From the NCBI GenBank assembly GCA_963820525.1, contig CAWGAA010000002.1:640001-704000 (forward strand): DNA of 64,000 bases. Reading direction: 5' to 3'. Numbering within the stretch: position 1 is the stretch's first letter; every line of letters starts with the position of its first letter. The DNA is from an uncultured Spirochaetota bacterium (GTDB lineage Bacteria; Spirochaetota; Spirochaetia; SZUA-6; Fen-1364). Under the pieces are notes generated by a model. That model did not search any database. It saw only the letters and a program-made list of their open reading frames with translations, and had not been told where the DNA came from. Shown in pieces: positions 29,315 through 38,897 of the stretch. Made by a program: the position numbers and the translations under genes.

Positions 29315-30811
29315 TCAGTCCCCCCTGAGCTTCGCCTGCCGCGCCTCGAATGACGCCTTGACGCTCTTGGCCACCTTCATCAGCTGATCCTCGCTCTTGA
29401 TGCCGAAATCGCTCAAGACGGGCTTCTCGATCTGGACATAGGAGATGAGTCCCCGCTCCAAGTCGCAGATCACGTTGGCGAGGTAGACGCAGTAGACGAT
29501 GTCCTTGGAGGCAAGGCTCGCGAACAGCGGCTCGTGGTGGTACTGGATTCCCTCCACCAGCACGTCGGGGAAGTTCCATTTCCTGGCCATCATCGCGCCG
29601 ATGTCCGCGTGGTTCATGCCGAAGGAGAAGCGCTCGAGGATCCTCGGGGGGATGTTCTTCTCCCTGCAGAACTTGCGCATCTTCTCGTGCAGCTCGGGAT
29701 GGAGGGAGATGGTGATGATGAGCCCCAGGTCGTGCAGGATTCCCGCCACGTACACGTCGTCCAGGATGTCGCGCTGGCGCTTCAGGCGCCTGGCGATGTG
29801 AAAGGCATAGAAGGCGGTGCGGTACGAGTGATCCCAGAGGGACCTCATCTCTGCGTACCGGTCTCCCAGGATTTTTTGGGAGCCGTAGGAATAGAGAATG
29901 GAGCGCAGTCCCTTCAATCCCACCAGCTTCACGGCCTGGGGGATGCTGTTCACGCGGGTGGGAAGCATGTAGTAGGCGGAGTTGACGTGCTTGATGAGGT
30001 CCGCCGTCAGTGTGGGGTCCGTGGAGATTCTCGCCGCGATGTCGGAGATCGTCGAATCCGGGTCGGAACAGAGCGTTATCAGCTCCATGACGTTCTCCGG
30101 GAAGTGGGGAAGGGAATCGATGTCGCGCACCAGGGCGTCCATGAGGATCTTCACCTTTTCCAGGTGCACTTCCGAGGTGGGGATCTTGATGGATGCAACG
30201 GTCTGGCGGTCCTGCACCTCGATGGAGAACGACTCCTCACCGAGGCCGATGCGCTTGAGAAACTGCAGCAGGATCATGAGGCCGAGCCCGGCGCCTTCGG
30301 TGTCATCGAGGGGCGCGGTGAGGGCCTCGAAGAACGAGTTGAAGGCGCGCGCCCTGGCAACCCTGTCGTAGATGCGGGCCTGCTCCTTCACCGTGAGCTC
30401 CGCCGTGTTCTTTACGGCTACCGTGAGGGCTCCGCCCGAGGTATGGAAGGCCACTTCTATGGAGAGGTTCTTCTCCCGCAGCTTGGTCAGGAAATGGCTG
30501 ATGTTCTCCACATACTCCCTCAGGAAGCTCTTCATCCCCTTGTCGTAATCCTCTTCGCGGGAGATATCCAGCTCATGCTCCTCGAAATACACCCGCTTGC
30601 CGTTCGCCTTCTGGGCGTTGACGATGAGCTCCTTCAGGCAATAGGAGAGGGGCTCCAGGATCTTCTCCTGGCCGAGCTCGGTGAGGTAGATCTCCAGAAT
30701 CCTGTCCAGCAGGGCGTGAGACTCGAAGGGGAGGCTCGTGAGCTTGAAGGTGAGGGGAATGGAATCCTGGGCAGCCCTCTGAATCTCTGAGATATCTATC
30801 TTCGTTGACAT
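29315..30811 (-). CDS. HDOD domain protein with N-terminal HATPase-like domain
   Basis: ELIVNA...GAGLGL in the N-terminal part; LPHFP, DPTLTADLIKHVNSA, AGILHDLG, HADIG..WNFP, HHEP. Confidence 0.88.
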   Translation of the reverse strand: MSTKIDISEIQRAAQDSIPLTFKLTSLPFESHALLDRILEIYLTELGQEKILEPLSYCLKELIVNAQKANGKRVYFEEHELDISREEDYDKGMKSFLREYVENISHFLTKLREKNLSIEVAFHTSGGALTVAVKNTAELTVKEQARIYDRVARARAFNSFFEALTAPLDDTEGAGLGLMILLQFLKRIGLGEESFSIEVQDRQTVASIKIPTSEVHLEKVKILMDALVRDIDSLPHFPENVMELITLCSDPDSTISDIAARISTDPTLTADLIKHVNSAYYMLPTRVNSIPQAVKLVGLKGLRSILYSYGSQKILGDRYAEMRSLWDHSYRTAFYAFHIARRLKRQRDILDDVYVAGILHDLGLIITISLHPELHEKMRKFCREKNIPPRILERFSFGMNHADIGAMMARKWNFPDVLVEGIQYHHEPLFASLASKDIVYCVYLANVICDLERGLISYVQIEKPVLSDFGIKSEDQLMKVAKSVKASFEARQAKLRGD

Positions 30812-30892
30812 CCCGGCTCCGAGTATAGCAGGAAAAGGGGTGAAACCCAATAGGGAAAAAAGAAGAAAGCCGCCTCCATGGTTCGGCGGCGC

Positions 30893-32812
30893 TCAGGAGC
30901 GTTTCGCAGGCTCGCCGGCCTCCGCCGCCCTGTGCGGAGCCTGCCCCGCTTCGCGCGTCATGCCGCCGGGCTTTGGCCTGAGCAGATCGTCGATGCTCAA
31001 AGGGTGCTCCCGGAAGCTTTCAAGCATTCTGATGCGATTGAAGACTTCATGGTTCTCCACAAAGACGTCCACGATATCGGGGTCGAAGTGGGAGGCACGC
31101 TCGGAGCAGATGATCTTCATCGCCTCCTCATGGGTGAGGGAATCCTTGTACGACCTCTTGCTCGTCAGGGCATCGTAGACGTCCGCGAGGGCCACGATCC
31201 TGGCCGAGAGGGGGATCGCCTCGCCCCTTTTTCCCGCCGGATATCCGGTTCCGTCCCAACGCTCGTGATGGGAGAAGGCGATCTCCTTGCCGATCGTGAG
31301 GAAGGACTGGTCATTGATCTCCCTGTCCACGGACCTGAGGGCTTCGCCGCCCAGCTCGGCGTGCTGTTTTATCCTCTCGAACTCCTGCAGGCTGAGCTTG
31401 CCTGGCTTCAGCAGTATGGCGTCCTCGATCCCGACCTTTCCCACGTCGTGAAGCACCGAGGAGAGGCAGAGGTCATCGATGTATCCCGTGGTGATGTACT
31501 GGGAATATTTCGGCATCCGGGAAAGCCCCAGGGCGAGCACCCGCGTATATTCGCGGATTCTCTCCAGGTGCTTGCCCGTGTCCTTGTCCCTGTATTCGGT
31601 GAGCCGGGCGAATCCAAGGATCGCCGCCGATTGCGTGCTCTTGATCTTCTGGAAGGATTCCTGGAGCTTCTTCTCCAGCCTGACCCTTTCGGTCAGGTCC
31701 TTTTCCATTATGGAGTAGGCGAGGGTCTCTCCGAGGGTGCTGGTAAGCGCCGCGTAGGAGGCATGGGTGAACTTGATTGTGCCGTCCTTGCACCGGCGGG
31801 GGATATCGGTCTGAACGAACCCGCCCTTGCTCTTTTTCACCCGCGCGATGATCTCAGAGATCGAGGGAACCCCGCCCTGGACCTGGAAGACCTCGCTGAA
31901 GTTTTTCCCGACAATCTCGGCCCACGTGTAGCCGTAGAGCTGCTCCGCGTAGTAGTTGCAGTTGAGGATGGCTCCGGCAGGGTCCACGATGATGATCGAT
32001 GAAAGCATGGTGTCGAAGAGCAGCATGTAGTTGCGCTCCGAGATCTTGAGGCGCGCCTCCAGGCTCTTGATATAGGTGATGTCCTTCAAGTGGGACGTGT
32101 ACCCTTTCACCGCGCCGGATTCGTCCCGGATAACCCATGCCGTATCGAGAACACGTATCAGCTCCTTCGAGGGAGTGCGCAGGTGCGTCTCGTGGTTGGA
32201 GATCGTATCGGATTCGGTGAGCCTGAGGATTTTGTCTTCCAGCTCGGCCGAATACACGTAGAGCTCGGAAATATTGGGAAGCGATTCGCCCGGTTCAAGC
32301 CCGACCAGTCGGAAGAAGGAGGGATTGGCCGCCTTTATCCTGCCGGAGAGGTCCACCGTGAGCACCGGATCGCCGAGGTTGTTGAAGAGCTGCTCCCATT
32401 GGCGGGTTCGCTCGCCGTCCTCAGCATCCAATTCCTGGATCGCCTTGATCCGGACAAGGAGGTACTCTCCGTTCTCGCTTTCCACGGGGAGACTGAAGAC
32501 GGTCAACCGTCGAACAACGCCGTTTCGATCCTCGATCTCCTCCTCGTGCTCTCCCTGCTTGCCGTCGAACACCGCGAGATCCCTGAGGAACTCCGCCTCC
32601 CGAGAGAAAACGTCGGAAGCCCGAAGCCCGACTGTTTTCAAGAGGACCTCATTGAAAAAGACGATTTTCCGTTCCCCGTTTATAATGAGAAAGCCATCAG
32701 AGAACTCCTCGATGATCTTCAAGAGGATGTCGGTCAAGGGCTGTTCCTTTCCCTCAGAGTGTTTATGGACTGTTGGAACGGGACTGGAGGAAATGGTAGC
32801 ATTGGAGTTCAT
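30893..32812 (-). CDS. Multi-PAS HD-GYP cyclic-di-GMP phosphodiesterase
   Basis: Three PAS-like repeats; TGKHLER, LHDVGK, HHERWDGTGYP, ADVYDAL; start codon uncertain. Confidence 0.9.
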   Translation of the reverse strand: MNSNATISSSPVPTVHKHSEGKEQPLTDILLKIIEEFSDGFLIINGERKIVFFNEVLLKTVGLRASDVFSREAEFLRDLAVFDGKQGEHEEEIEDRNGVVRRLTVFSLPVESENGEYLLVRIKAIQELDAEDGERTRQWEQLFNNLGDPVLTVDLSGRIKAANPSFFRLVGLEPGESLPNISELYVYSAELEDKILRLTESDTISNHETHLRTPSKELIRVLDTAWVIRDESGAVKGYTSHLKDITYIKSLEARLKISERNYMLLFDTMLSSIIIVDPAGAILNCNYYAEQLYGYTWAEIVGKNFSEVFQVQGGVPSISEIIARVKKSKGGFVQTDIPRRCKDGTIKFTHASYAALTSTLGETLAYSIMEKDLTERVRLEKKLQESFQKIKSTQSAAILGFARLTEYRDKDTGKHLERIREYTRVLALGLSRMPKYSQYITTGYIDDLCLSSVLHDVGKVGIEDAILLKPGKLSLQEFERIKQHAELGGEALRSVDREINDQSFLTIGKEIAFSHHERWDGTGYPAGKRGEAIPLSARIVALADVYDALTSKRSYKDSLTHEEAMKIICSERASHFDPDIVDVFVENHEVFNRIRMLESFREHPLSIDDLLRPKPGGMTREAGQAPHRAAEAGEPAKRS

Positions 32813-32911
32813 GGATGTCAATGTGGAACCGCCTCTGCCGTTGGGTTTCAAGGCCGACTTGGCTTTCACTCGATACGATTTCTCTATATAGTCGACCTCA
32901 AGGAGCGCGTG

Positions 32912-34555
32912 ATGAAGCAAAAGGTGACTATTTTTCTCGTTTTTTTAGCGCTTGCTGGTTGCATGGCATCCAGCGCGCCCGGTCAAAAGACGGAAGCTGC
33001 GCCAACCGGCACCACCATCGCGTCCGGCGCTCCTCTCGGCCGGCTTGCCGCCTTTACCGCCGCGGCCGGGGATCCTCCGCTTTCTGGCGGAGCGCCTATG
33101 GGGCTTATTGTCGGGGTGCAGCTTGAGTTTTTCGCGGGCATGCTGGCCATGCTGTTCGCGATCGGGCTCGCCGTCCTTTTCGCGCGGAGGAAATCGACGG
33201 CCATGCTGAATCTCTCACTCGCCCTTTTCGCCGCGGCGCTCGGGGAGCTGTCCCCCGTGTTTCTTTCTCCTCTCCTCCCGTTCCCCATCCTGGCAAAGAT
33301 ATCAGCAGTCCTCGGCTCCCTTTCGGCGATTTTCCTGGCGTCTTTCGGCCTGCAGCACTACAAGAGATCCTCCCTGCGGCTGTATCTCTCCCTTGCTTCC
33401 CCCCTGGCCGCTATTGCCGTTCTGATCCTTTTCGTTGGAAACCCGATCGCGATCCTCTTGGCGGAGGCGGTTCAGCGTGCAATCCTGGCCCTGGCGTTCG
33501 GCCTGCTTGCCATCATCGGCCTTCGCCTGGCGCGGCAGGGCGAGCTCTCGGAGAAGGCTCTTCCCGTGCTTTTTCTCCTGCTCTTCCTCTCCGACGCCTA
33601 TCTGGCGGCCTCGGGAGCCTTTTTCCCGGCGCATGCCCCTCTCACGGTCCTCCCCAATCTCACCCTCGCCTTCTGGGCGGGGATCTTCCTCTTCCTCGAG
33701 CTTCTCCGCTCGCGGGAGACATTCACCAGGGTGAGCGAAGAGCTCAGGCAGCGCATAGAGCTGGATAACGATATGGCGGAGCGCATCCGCGGCGGCAAGG
33801 GCCTGATGGAGAAGCGCAACGGCGAGATCATAAACCTGTCCGGCAAGCTCCTTGAAAGCGCCCAGAAGCAGGCATTCACGATCGGCCAGCTCATCGTCTC
33901 CATCGAGAAGGGGGGAAACGCGGAGTCTCAGGTTGTCGCCAAGGAGAAGGATATCCTCGCTCGGACGGGAAAGGTGGATGGGCTTATCACGAGCTTCAAC
34001 GTCCAGATCCAGGAAACTTTGCGCGAAATGGAAGAGCTGTACCAGAGATCGATCGTCATCAAGAAGGCCGTGAACCAGATCATCGGGATCGCGGAAAAGA
34101 CTCACCTGCTCTCCCTGAATGCCTCAATCGAAGCCTCCAAGGCCGGCGAGGCGGGCAAGGGCTTTTCAGTGGTCGCGCATGAGATCAGGAAGCTTGCCGA
34201 CCTCACCCGTACGGTTTCCGACAACGTCGCCGCCGTCATCAAGGAGACCAACAAGGGAGTGGAGAAGGGCGTGGCGAGGATCAAGGGGCTCGGGGCCGGC
34301 TTCTCGGAGATCGTGAACGCCAGCGAGGAGATCCGCACGATGATCTCGGACAATTCCAAGGCCCTGGAGGAGATGACCCGCGCCCACCGGGAGATCCAGG
34401 CCGGCCTGGCGGGGGTGGATCAGCTCATACGATCGATTCTCGAAGTGTCCCACGACCTTCGACTGATGACGGACCGCCTGGCCACCGCCTTCTCATGGTT
34501 CGACGAGACGCTGAAGCTCAAGGATGGCGCCGCGACGCCCTTCGAGTCGCTCTAG
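32912..34555 (+). CDS. Methyl-accepting chemotaxis protein with multi-TM sensor region
   Basis: Hairpin tip THLLSLNASIEASKAGEAGKGFSVVAHEIRKLA; about 7 TM helices; N-terminal LAGC lipobox-like signal. Confidence 0.88.
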   Translation: MKQKVTIFLVFLALAGCMASSAPGQKTEAAPTGTTIASGAPLGRLAAFTAAAGDPPLSGGAPMGLIVGVQLEFFAGMLAMLFAIGLAVLFARRKSTAMLNLSLALFAAALGELSPVFLSPLLPFPILAKISAVLGSLSAIFLASFGLQHYKRSSLRLYLSLASPLAAIAVLILFVGNPIAILLAEAVQRAILALAFGLLAIIGLRLARQGELSEKALPVLFLLLFLSDAYLAASGAFFPAHAPLTVLPNLTLAFWAGIFLFLELLRSRETFTRVSEELRQRIELDNDMAERIRGGKGLMEKRNGEIINLSGKLLESAQKQAFTIGQLIVSIEKGGNAESQVVAKEKDILARTGKVDGLITSFNVQIQETLREMEELYQRSIVIKKAVNQIIGIAEKTHLLSLNASIEASKAGEAGKGFSVVAHEIRKLADLTRTVSDNVAAVIKETNKGVEKGVARIKGLGAGFSEIVNASEEIRTMISDNSKALEEMTRAHREIQAGLAGVDQLIRSILEVSHDLRLMTDRLATAFSWFDETLKLKDGAATPFESL

Positions 34556-34623
34556 AGCGGCAAGCCGCGGCCGGACTGGGGCCTGCTCAGGTCCCGCGGG
34601 CCGCCTCCCGGAGCGGAGGACCC

Positions 34624-35043
34624 TCAGCCGCCTACGAGGCACAGCCATTCGGCTTCCGCCGCCAGCTCCTCGCCCACGTACGCCTTGCCCGCCTGCCGGA
34701 GCATTTTAGGGCTCACCCGGAGGTTCGTGATCACCATCCTCACTTCATCCCCCGGCTTCACCTGCCTGCGGAACTTGACCTTGTCCACCGTCGCGAGAAA
34801 GAACAGGGCGTTCCCGCCCGAAGAGGCATCCATCTCGCGGATTCCCGCCCCTCCGCACTGGGCCATTGTTTCCACGAGGATGACCCCCGGCACGACGGGA
34901 TAGCCGGGGAAGTGGCCGGAGAAAAAGAAATCCTTGTCCGTGAACTTCCTGTAACCGACGATCTCTTCCTTATCAGCCTTTTCGATCCTATCCACGAAGA
35001 GGAAGGGCTCCCGATGGGGGAGAAGGGATTTGATATCTTTCAT
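34624..35043 (-). CDS. fabZ: 3-hydroxyacyl-ACP dehydratase
   Basis: LPHREPFLFVD, GHFPGYPVVPGV..ETMAQ, KFRRQVKPGD. Confidence 0.96.
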   Translation of the reverse strand: MKDIKSLLPHREPFLFVDRIEKADKEEIVGYRKFTDKDFFFSGHFPGYPVVPGVILVETMAQCGGAGIREMDASSGGNALFFLATVDKVKFRRQVKPGDEVRMVITNLRVSPKMLRQAGKAYVGEELAAEAEWLCLVGG

Positions 35044-35104
35044 GGGGCGGAGAGTAACATGGGAGCGCGCACCAGGGAAAGGCCGCGGCCTGAGGAGGCC
35101 TCAA

Positions 35105-35133
35105 TTGACACTGAAATGGTTCTATGGTAATTT
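35105..35133 (+). promoter_or_regulatory. Sigma70-type promoter of accBCDA
   Basis: TTGACA-17 nt-TAATTT with TG extension. Confidence 0.55.
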
Positions 35134-35220
35134 CCGACAAAATTAGTAGGATTCCGGCAGGTCTTGGGATAGACAACGAAACCGCCGCTCAGGGCTATAA
35201 GAAAGCAGAAGGATGAAACG

Positions 35221-35700
35221 ATGGATCTCAAGGAACTACAGACAATCATGGAAATGTTCGAGAAAAGCGGACTCTCCGAGATGACGCTAAAAAGAGACAA
35301 AGAGGAGATCTGCCTCAAGAAGCCTTTGCCCGGCTCTCAGCCCGTGACCTACATCGGCACGGTTCCCAGCCTCATCGCACCGGTTCCTCAGCCGGCTCAT
35401 GCGGCGGGGAACGCCCCCGCACCCTCCGCTCAGCAGCCTGTTGTCGCCGCCGCCTCCGACGCGGAGGTGATCCGCGCTCCGCTTGTGGGAACCTTCTACA
35501 GGGCTCCGGCTCCCGACGCCGCCCCCTTCGTTGAAAAAGGGGACACGGTGAAAAAGGGCCAGACGCTCTGCATCCTGGAGGCCATGAAGCTCATGAACGA
35601 GTTCCAGGCCGAGTTCGACCTTGTGGTGGTCAACATCATGGTTGAGAACGGCAAGATGGTGGAGTTCGGCGCTCCGCTGTTCGAGGTGCGCAGGGTATGA
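35221..35700 (+). CDS. accB: Acetyl-CoA carboxylase biotin carboxyl carrier protein
   Basis: APLVGTFYRAP, biotinylation motif EAMKLMN, Pro/Ala linker. Confidence 0.96.
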   Translation: MDLKELQTIMEMFEKSGLSEMTLKRDKEEICLKKPLPGSQPVTYIGTVPSLIAPVPQPAHAAGNAPAPSAQQPVVAAASDAEVIRAPLVGTFYRAPAPDAAPFVEKGDTVKKGQTLCILEAMKLMNEFQAEFDLVVVNIMVENGKMVEFGAPLFEVRRV

Positions 35701-37018
35701 TCCAGAGCCTGCTCATCGCCAACCGCGGTGAGATCGCCGTCCGGGTCATCCGCACCTGTCGAGAGATGGGGATCCGCACGGTCATCGCCTATTCCCAGGC
35801 CGATAGGGACTCGATGCCCGTCAGGATGGCGGACGAGCGGGTGTGCGTCGGGCCGCCCCCCGCGCGGGACAGCTATCTCAATGTGAGAAACCTGGTTACT
35901 GCCGGCGTTCTTTCCGGATGCGATGCCCTGCACCCCGGGGTTGGCTTCCTCGCTGAGAACTCCGGCTTCGCGCGCGAGGTGAGGGAAGCCGGCCTGATCT
36001 GGGTGGGGCCGGACCCGGAAGTGATCGATCTCCTCGGCGACAAGATCCGCGCCAAGCAATCCGCCCAGGAGCTTTCCATACCGGTCATCCCGGGAAGCGA
36101 GGGCTCCGTCGGCAACTTCGACGAGGCGCTGGAAGCGGCCAAGGGCATCGGCTTCCCCGTCATCGTGAAGGCCGCGGCGGGCGGGGGCGGCAAGGGCATG
36201 CGGATCGTGCGCGACCAGGCTGAGCTTTCAGACATCCTGAAGATCGCGGCGCACGAGGCGGAGAGGGCTTTCTCGGACGGCACCCTCTACATGGAAAAGT
36301 ACATGGAGAACCCCCGCCACGTGGAGATCCAGATCGTCGCGGACGCCAAGGGAAATGTCGTTCACCTGGGTGAGCGCGATTGCACGGTCCAGCAGAACCA
36401 TCAGAAGCTCATCGAGGAAAGCCCGTCTCCCGCCGTGAGTCCGGACCTCCGCGCCCGCATGGGAGAGGATGCCGTACGCCTCCTGCGCGGGCTGGGCTAC
36501 ACGGGGGCGGGAACGGTGGAGTTCCTCGTCAAGGATGGAAGCCACTATTTCATGGAGGTCAACGCCCGCGTCCAGGTAGAGCATCCAGTGTCCGAGATGG
36601 TGACGGGAGTTGATATCATCCGGCAGCAGCTTCTCGCCGCGGGGGGGAAGGCCTCGATATCGCCCAGGAGGATATCCGCCTCGGAGCGTACGCCGTCGAG
36701 GCACGGATCAATGCCAAGTCGGCGGGCAAGGTCACGGCCTTCATCCCCCCCGGGGGGTTCGGCGTCCGGGTCGATACCTTCCTCTACGCCGGCTACACGG
36801 TCCCTCCCTATTACGATCACCTCGTGGCAAAGCTCATCGTGGCGGGAAAGAGCCGGGCGGAGGGGCTCACGCGCATGTCGCGCGCCCTCTCCGAGTTCGT
36901 GATCGAGGGGATTGCCACGAACATCGCGATGCAGCAGAAGATCGTGGACCACCCGACGTTTCGCAAGGGAGTGTATGGGACCGGGTTTTTCGCCGAGATG
37001 CTCAAGGAGGGAAGCTAA
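35697..37018 (+). pseudogene. accC: Biotin carboxylase, frameshifted at the G7 run 36641-36647 (likely assembly error in an intact gene)
   Basis: ANRGEIA, GGGGKGM and EVNARVQVEH in the first frame; EARINA...PGGFGVRVD...VPPYYDHLVAKL continues in the -1 frame to TAA 37018. Confidence 0.9.
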
Positions 37019-37019
37019 A

Positions 37020-37892
37020 GTGATCGAGTTCAGAAGGATAGAGGGATGGATTCGAGGGCTCATCGAGCATCCCGTCACCCTCCGCAGGACAAAGGACGAG
37101 AGGAGCTTCGTGAGCCAGAAGCACTCCTGCCCCTCCTGCCAGCGCCATCTCTCCGGCGAGGAGCTGGAGGAGACGCTCTTCGTGTGCCCGCACTGCAGCC
37201 ACCATTTCCGTCTCACGGCATGGGAGCGGATCCGCTACACGGCGGACGAGGGAGTCTTCCAGGAGTTTTCTTCCGAGATCGAGAGCATGAATCCGCTGGC
37301 GTTCCCCGAGTACGAGGAGAAGCTCGCCTCGGCAAAGTCGAAGACGGGAATCACGGAAGCCGTGGTTTGCGGGCTGTGCAAGATCAACGGGAGGGAAGTC
37401 GTCCTGGCGGTGATGGATTTCCGCTTCATCGGCGGGAGCATGGGCTCCGTGGTGGGAGAGAAGATCATGCGGGCGATGCTCGTCGGCGCCGAAAAGCGGG
37501 CCCCCGTGATCGTTTTTACCGCCTCGGGCGGAGCGCGCATGCAGGAGGGGATCCTCTCCCTCATGCAGATGGCCAAGACATCCGTGGCCACCCAGGCCCT
37601 CGAGAACAAGCACTGCCCGTACTTCGTGGTCCTCACGGATCCCACCACGGCGGGAGTGCTCGCCTCCTTTGCGATGCTGGGAGACGTGATCCTGGCCGAG
37701 CCGGGGGCGCTGATGAGATTCACCGGGCCGAGGGTGGTGGCGGGAACGATCAAGGAAAAAGTGCCGGAGAATTTTCCCCTTTCGGAGTTTCATCAGGAAA
37801 GGGGCTTTGTGGACCTCGTCGTGGGACGGCAGGAGCTGAAGAAGGCCCTCTCGTTCCTTATTGAAACGCACAGAGGCCGCGAGAGGGGGTGA
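37020..37892 (+). CDS. accD: Acetyl-CoA carboxylase carboxyltransferase beta subunit
   Basis: Zn finger CPSC...CPHC, GGSMGSVVGEKI, SGGARMQEG, DPTTAGV; GTG start 37020. Confidence 0.95.
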   Translation: MIEFRRIEGWIRGLIEHPVTLRRTKDERSFVSQKHSCPSCQRHLSGEELEETLFVCPHCSHHFRLTAWERIRYTADEGVFQEFSSEIESMNPLAFPEYEEKLASAKSKTGITEAVVCGLCKINGREVVLAVMDFRFIGGSMGSVVGEKIMRAMLVGAEKRAPVIVFTASGGARMQEGILSLMQMAKTSVATQALENKHCPYFVVLTDPTTAGVLASFAMLGDVILAEPGALMRFTGPRVVAGTIKEKVPENFPLSEFHQERGFVDLVVGRQELKKALSFLIETHRGRERG

Positions 37893-38860
37893 CAGTGAGC
37901 CAGGATTCGATTCGCGCCAAGCTGGCGGAGCTGCGGGAGCTGGCCGACAGCTCCAGCATCGACATTTCCCGGGAGATCGAGGAGCTGGAGCGCAAGCTCG
38001 ACATCAGCGGGCCCTCCAATGAGGCCTGGAAGAGGGTACAGCTGGCCAGGCATCCGTCCCGGCCGAACACCCTCGAGTACGCCAAGCTGCTCTTCGATGA
38101 TTTTCTCGAGCTCCACGGCGACCGCGGCTTCGCCGACGACCCCGCCATGGTGGGCGGCATCGCAATGTATGGCGGCCTTCCCGTGACCTTCATCGGCCAC
38201 CAGAAGGGCAAGAACATGAAGGACAACCTCAAGCGAAACTTCGGCATGGCGCACCCCGAAGGATACAGGAAGGCCCTTCGACTGGCCCGGCAGGCTGAAA
38301 AATTCGGCAGGCCAATCTTTACGTTCATCGACACCCCGGGCGCCTATCCCGGCGTTGCGGCGGAGGAGCGGGGAGTCAGCCAGGCCATCGCGGAGAACAT
38401 GAAGGTTTTCTCCATCCTGCGGGTTCCGATAATCGTCACCATCCTCGGCGAAGGAGGATCGGGAGGGGCAATCGGGATCGGGGTGGGAAATACCGTATTA
38501 ATGATGGAAAACGCGTATTACTCCGTCATAACGCCGGAGGGCTGCGCCTCGATCCTCCTTCGAGATTCCAGCAGGGCGAGCTATTCGGCGGCGCTTCTCA
38601 AGCTCACGCCGAAGGACCTGCTCGCGCTGAAGGTTATCGACAGGATAGTGCCGGAGCCGGGCGGTGGAGCCCAGGAGGATCCCGTCTCCGCGGCATCCGC
38701 TCTGAAGGCGGCGATATCCGAGAGCCTGGCGGAGCTTTCCAAGAAGACCGTGGAAACGCTGATCGCTGAAAGGCAGGCCAAGTTCCTCAGCATGGGCGTC
38801 TTCCAGGAGAAGGAGCCCGAGCGCAGGGGCTTGCTGCAGAGACTGAGGGATTTCTTCTAG
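37889..38860 (+). CDS. accA: Acetyl-CoA carboxylase carboxyltransferase alpha subunit
   Basis: ARHPSRP, ELHGDR, NFGMAHPEGYRKA, DTPGAYPG, GEGGSGGA. Confidence 0.96.
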   Translation: MTVSQDSIRAKLAELRELADSSSIDISREIEELERKLDISGPSNEAWKRVQLARHPSRPNTLEYAKLLFDDFLELHGDRGFADDPAMVGGIAMYGGLPVTFIGHQKGKNMKDNLKRNFGMAHPEGYRKALRLARQAEKFGRPIFTFIDTPGAYPGVAAEERGVSQAIAENMKVFSILRVPIIVTILGEGGSGGAIGIGVGNTVLMMENAYYSVITPEGCASILLRDSSRASYSAALLKLTPKDLLALKVIDRIVPEPGGGAQEDPVSAASALKAAISESLAELSKKTVETLIAERQAKFLSMGVFQEKEPERRGLLQRLRDFF

Positions 38861-38897
38861 GCCTAGCGTGTCGCGCAAAGCGGCAGCCGCTTGCGCT

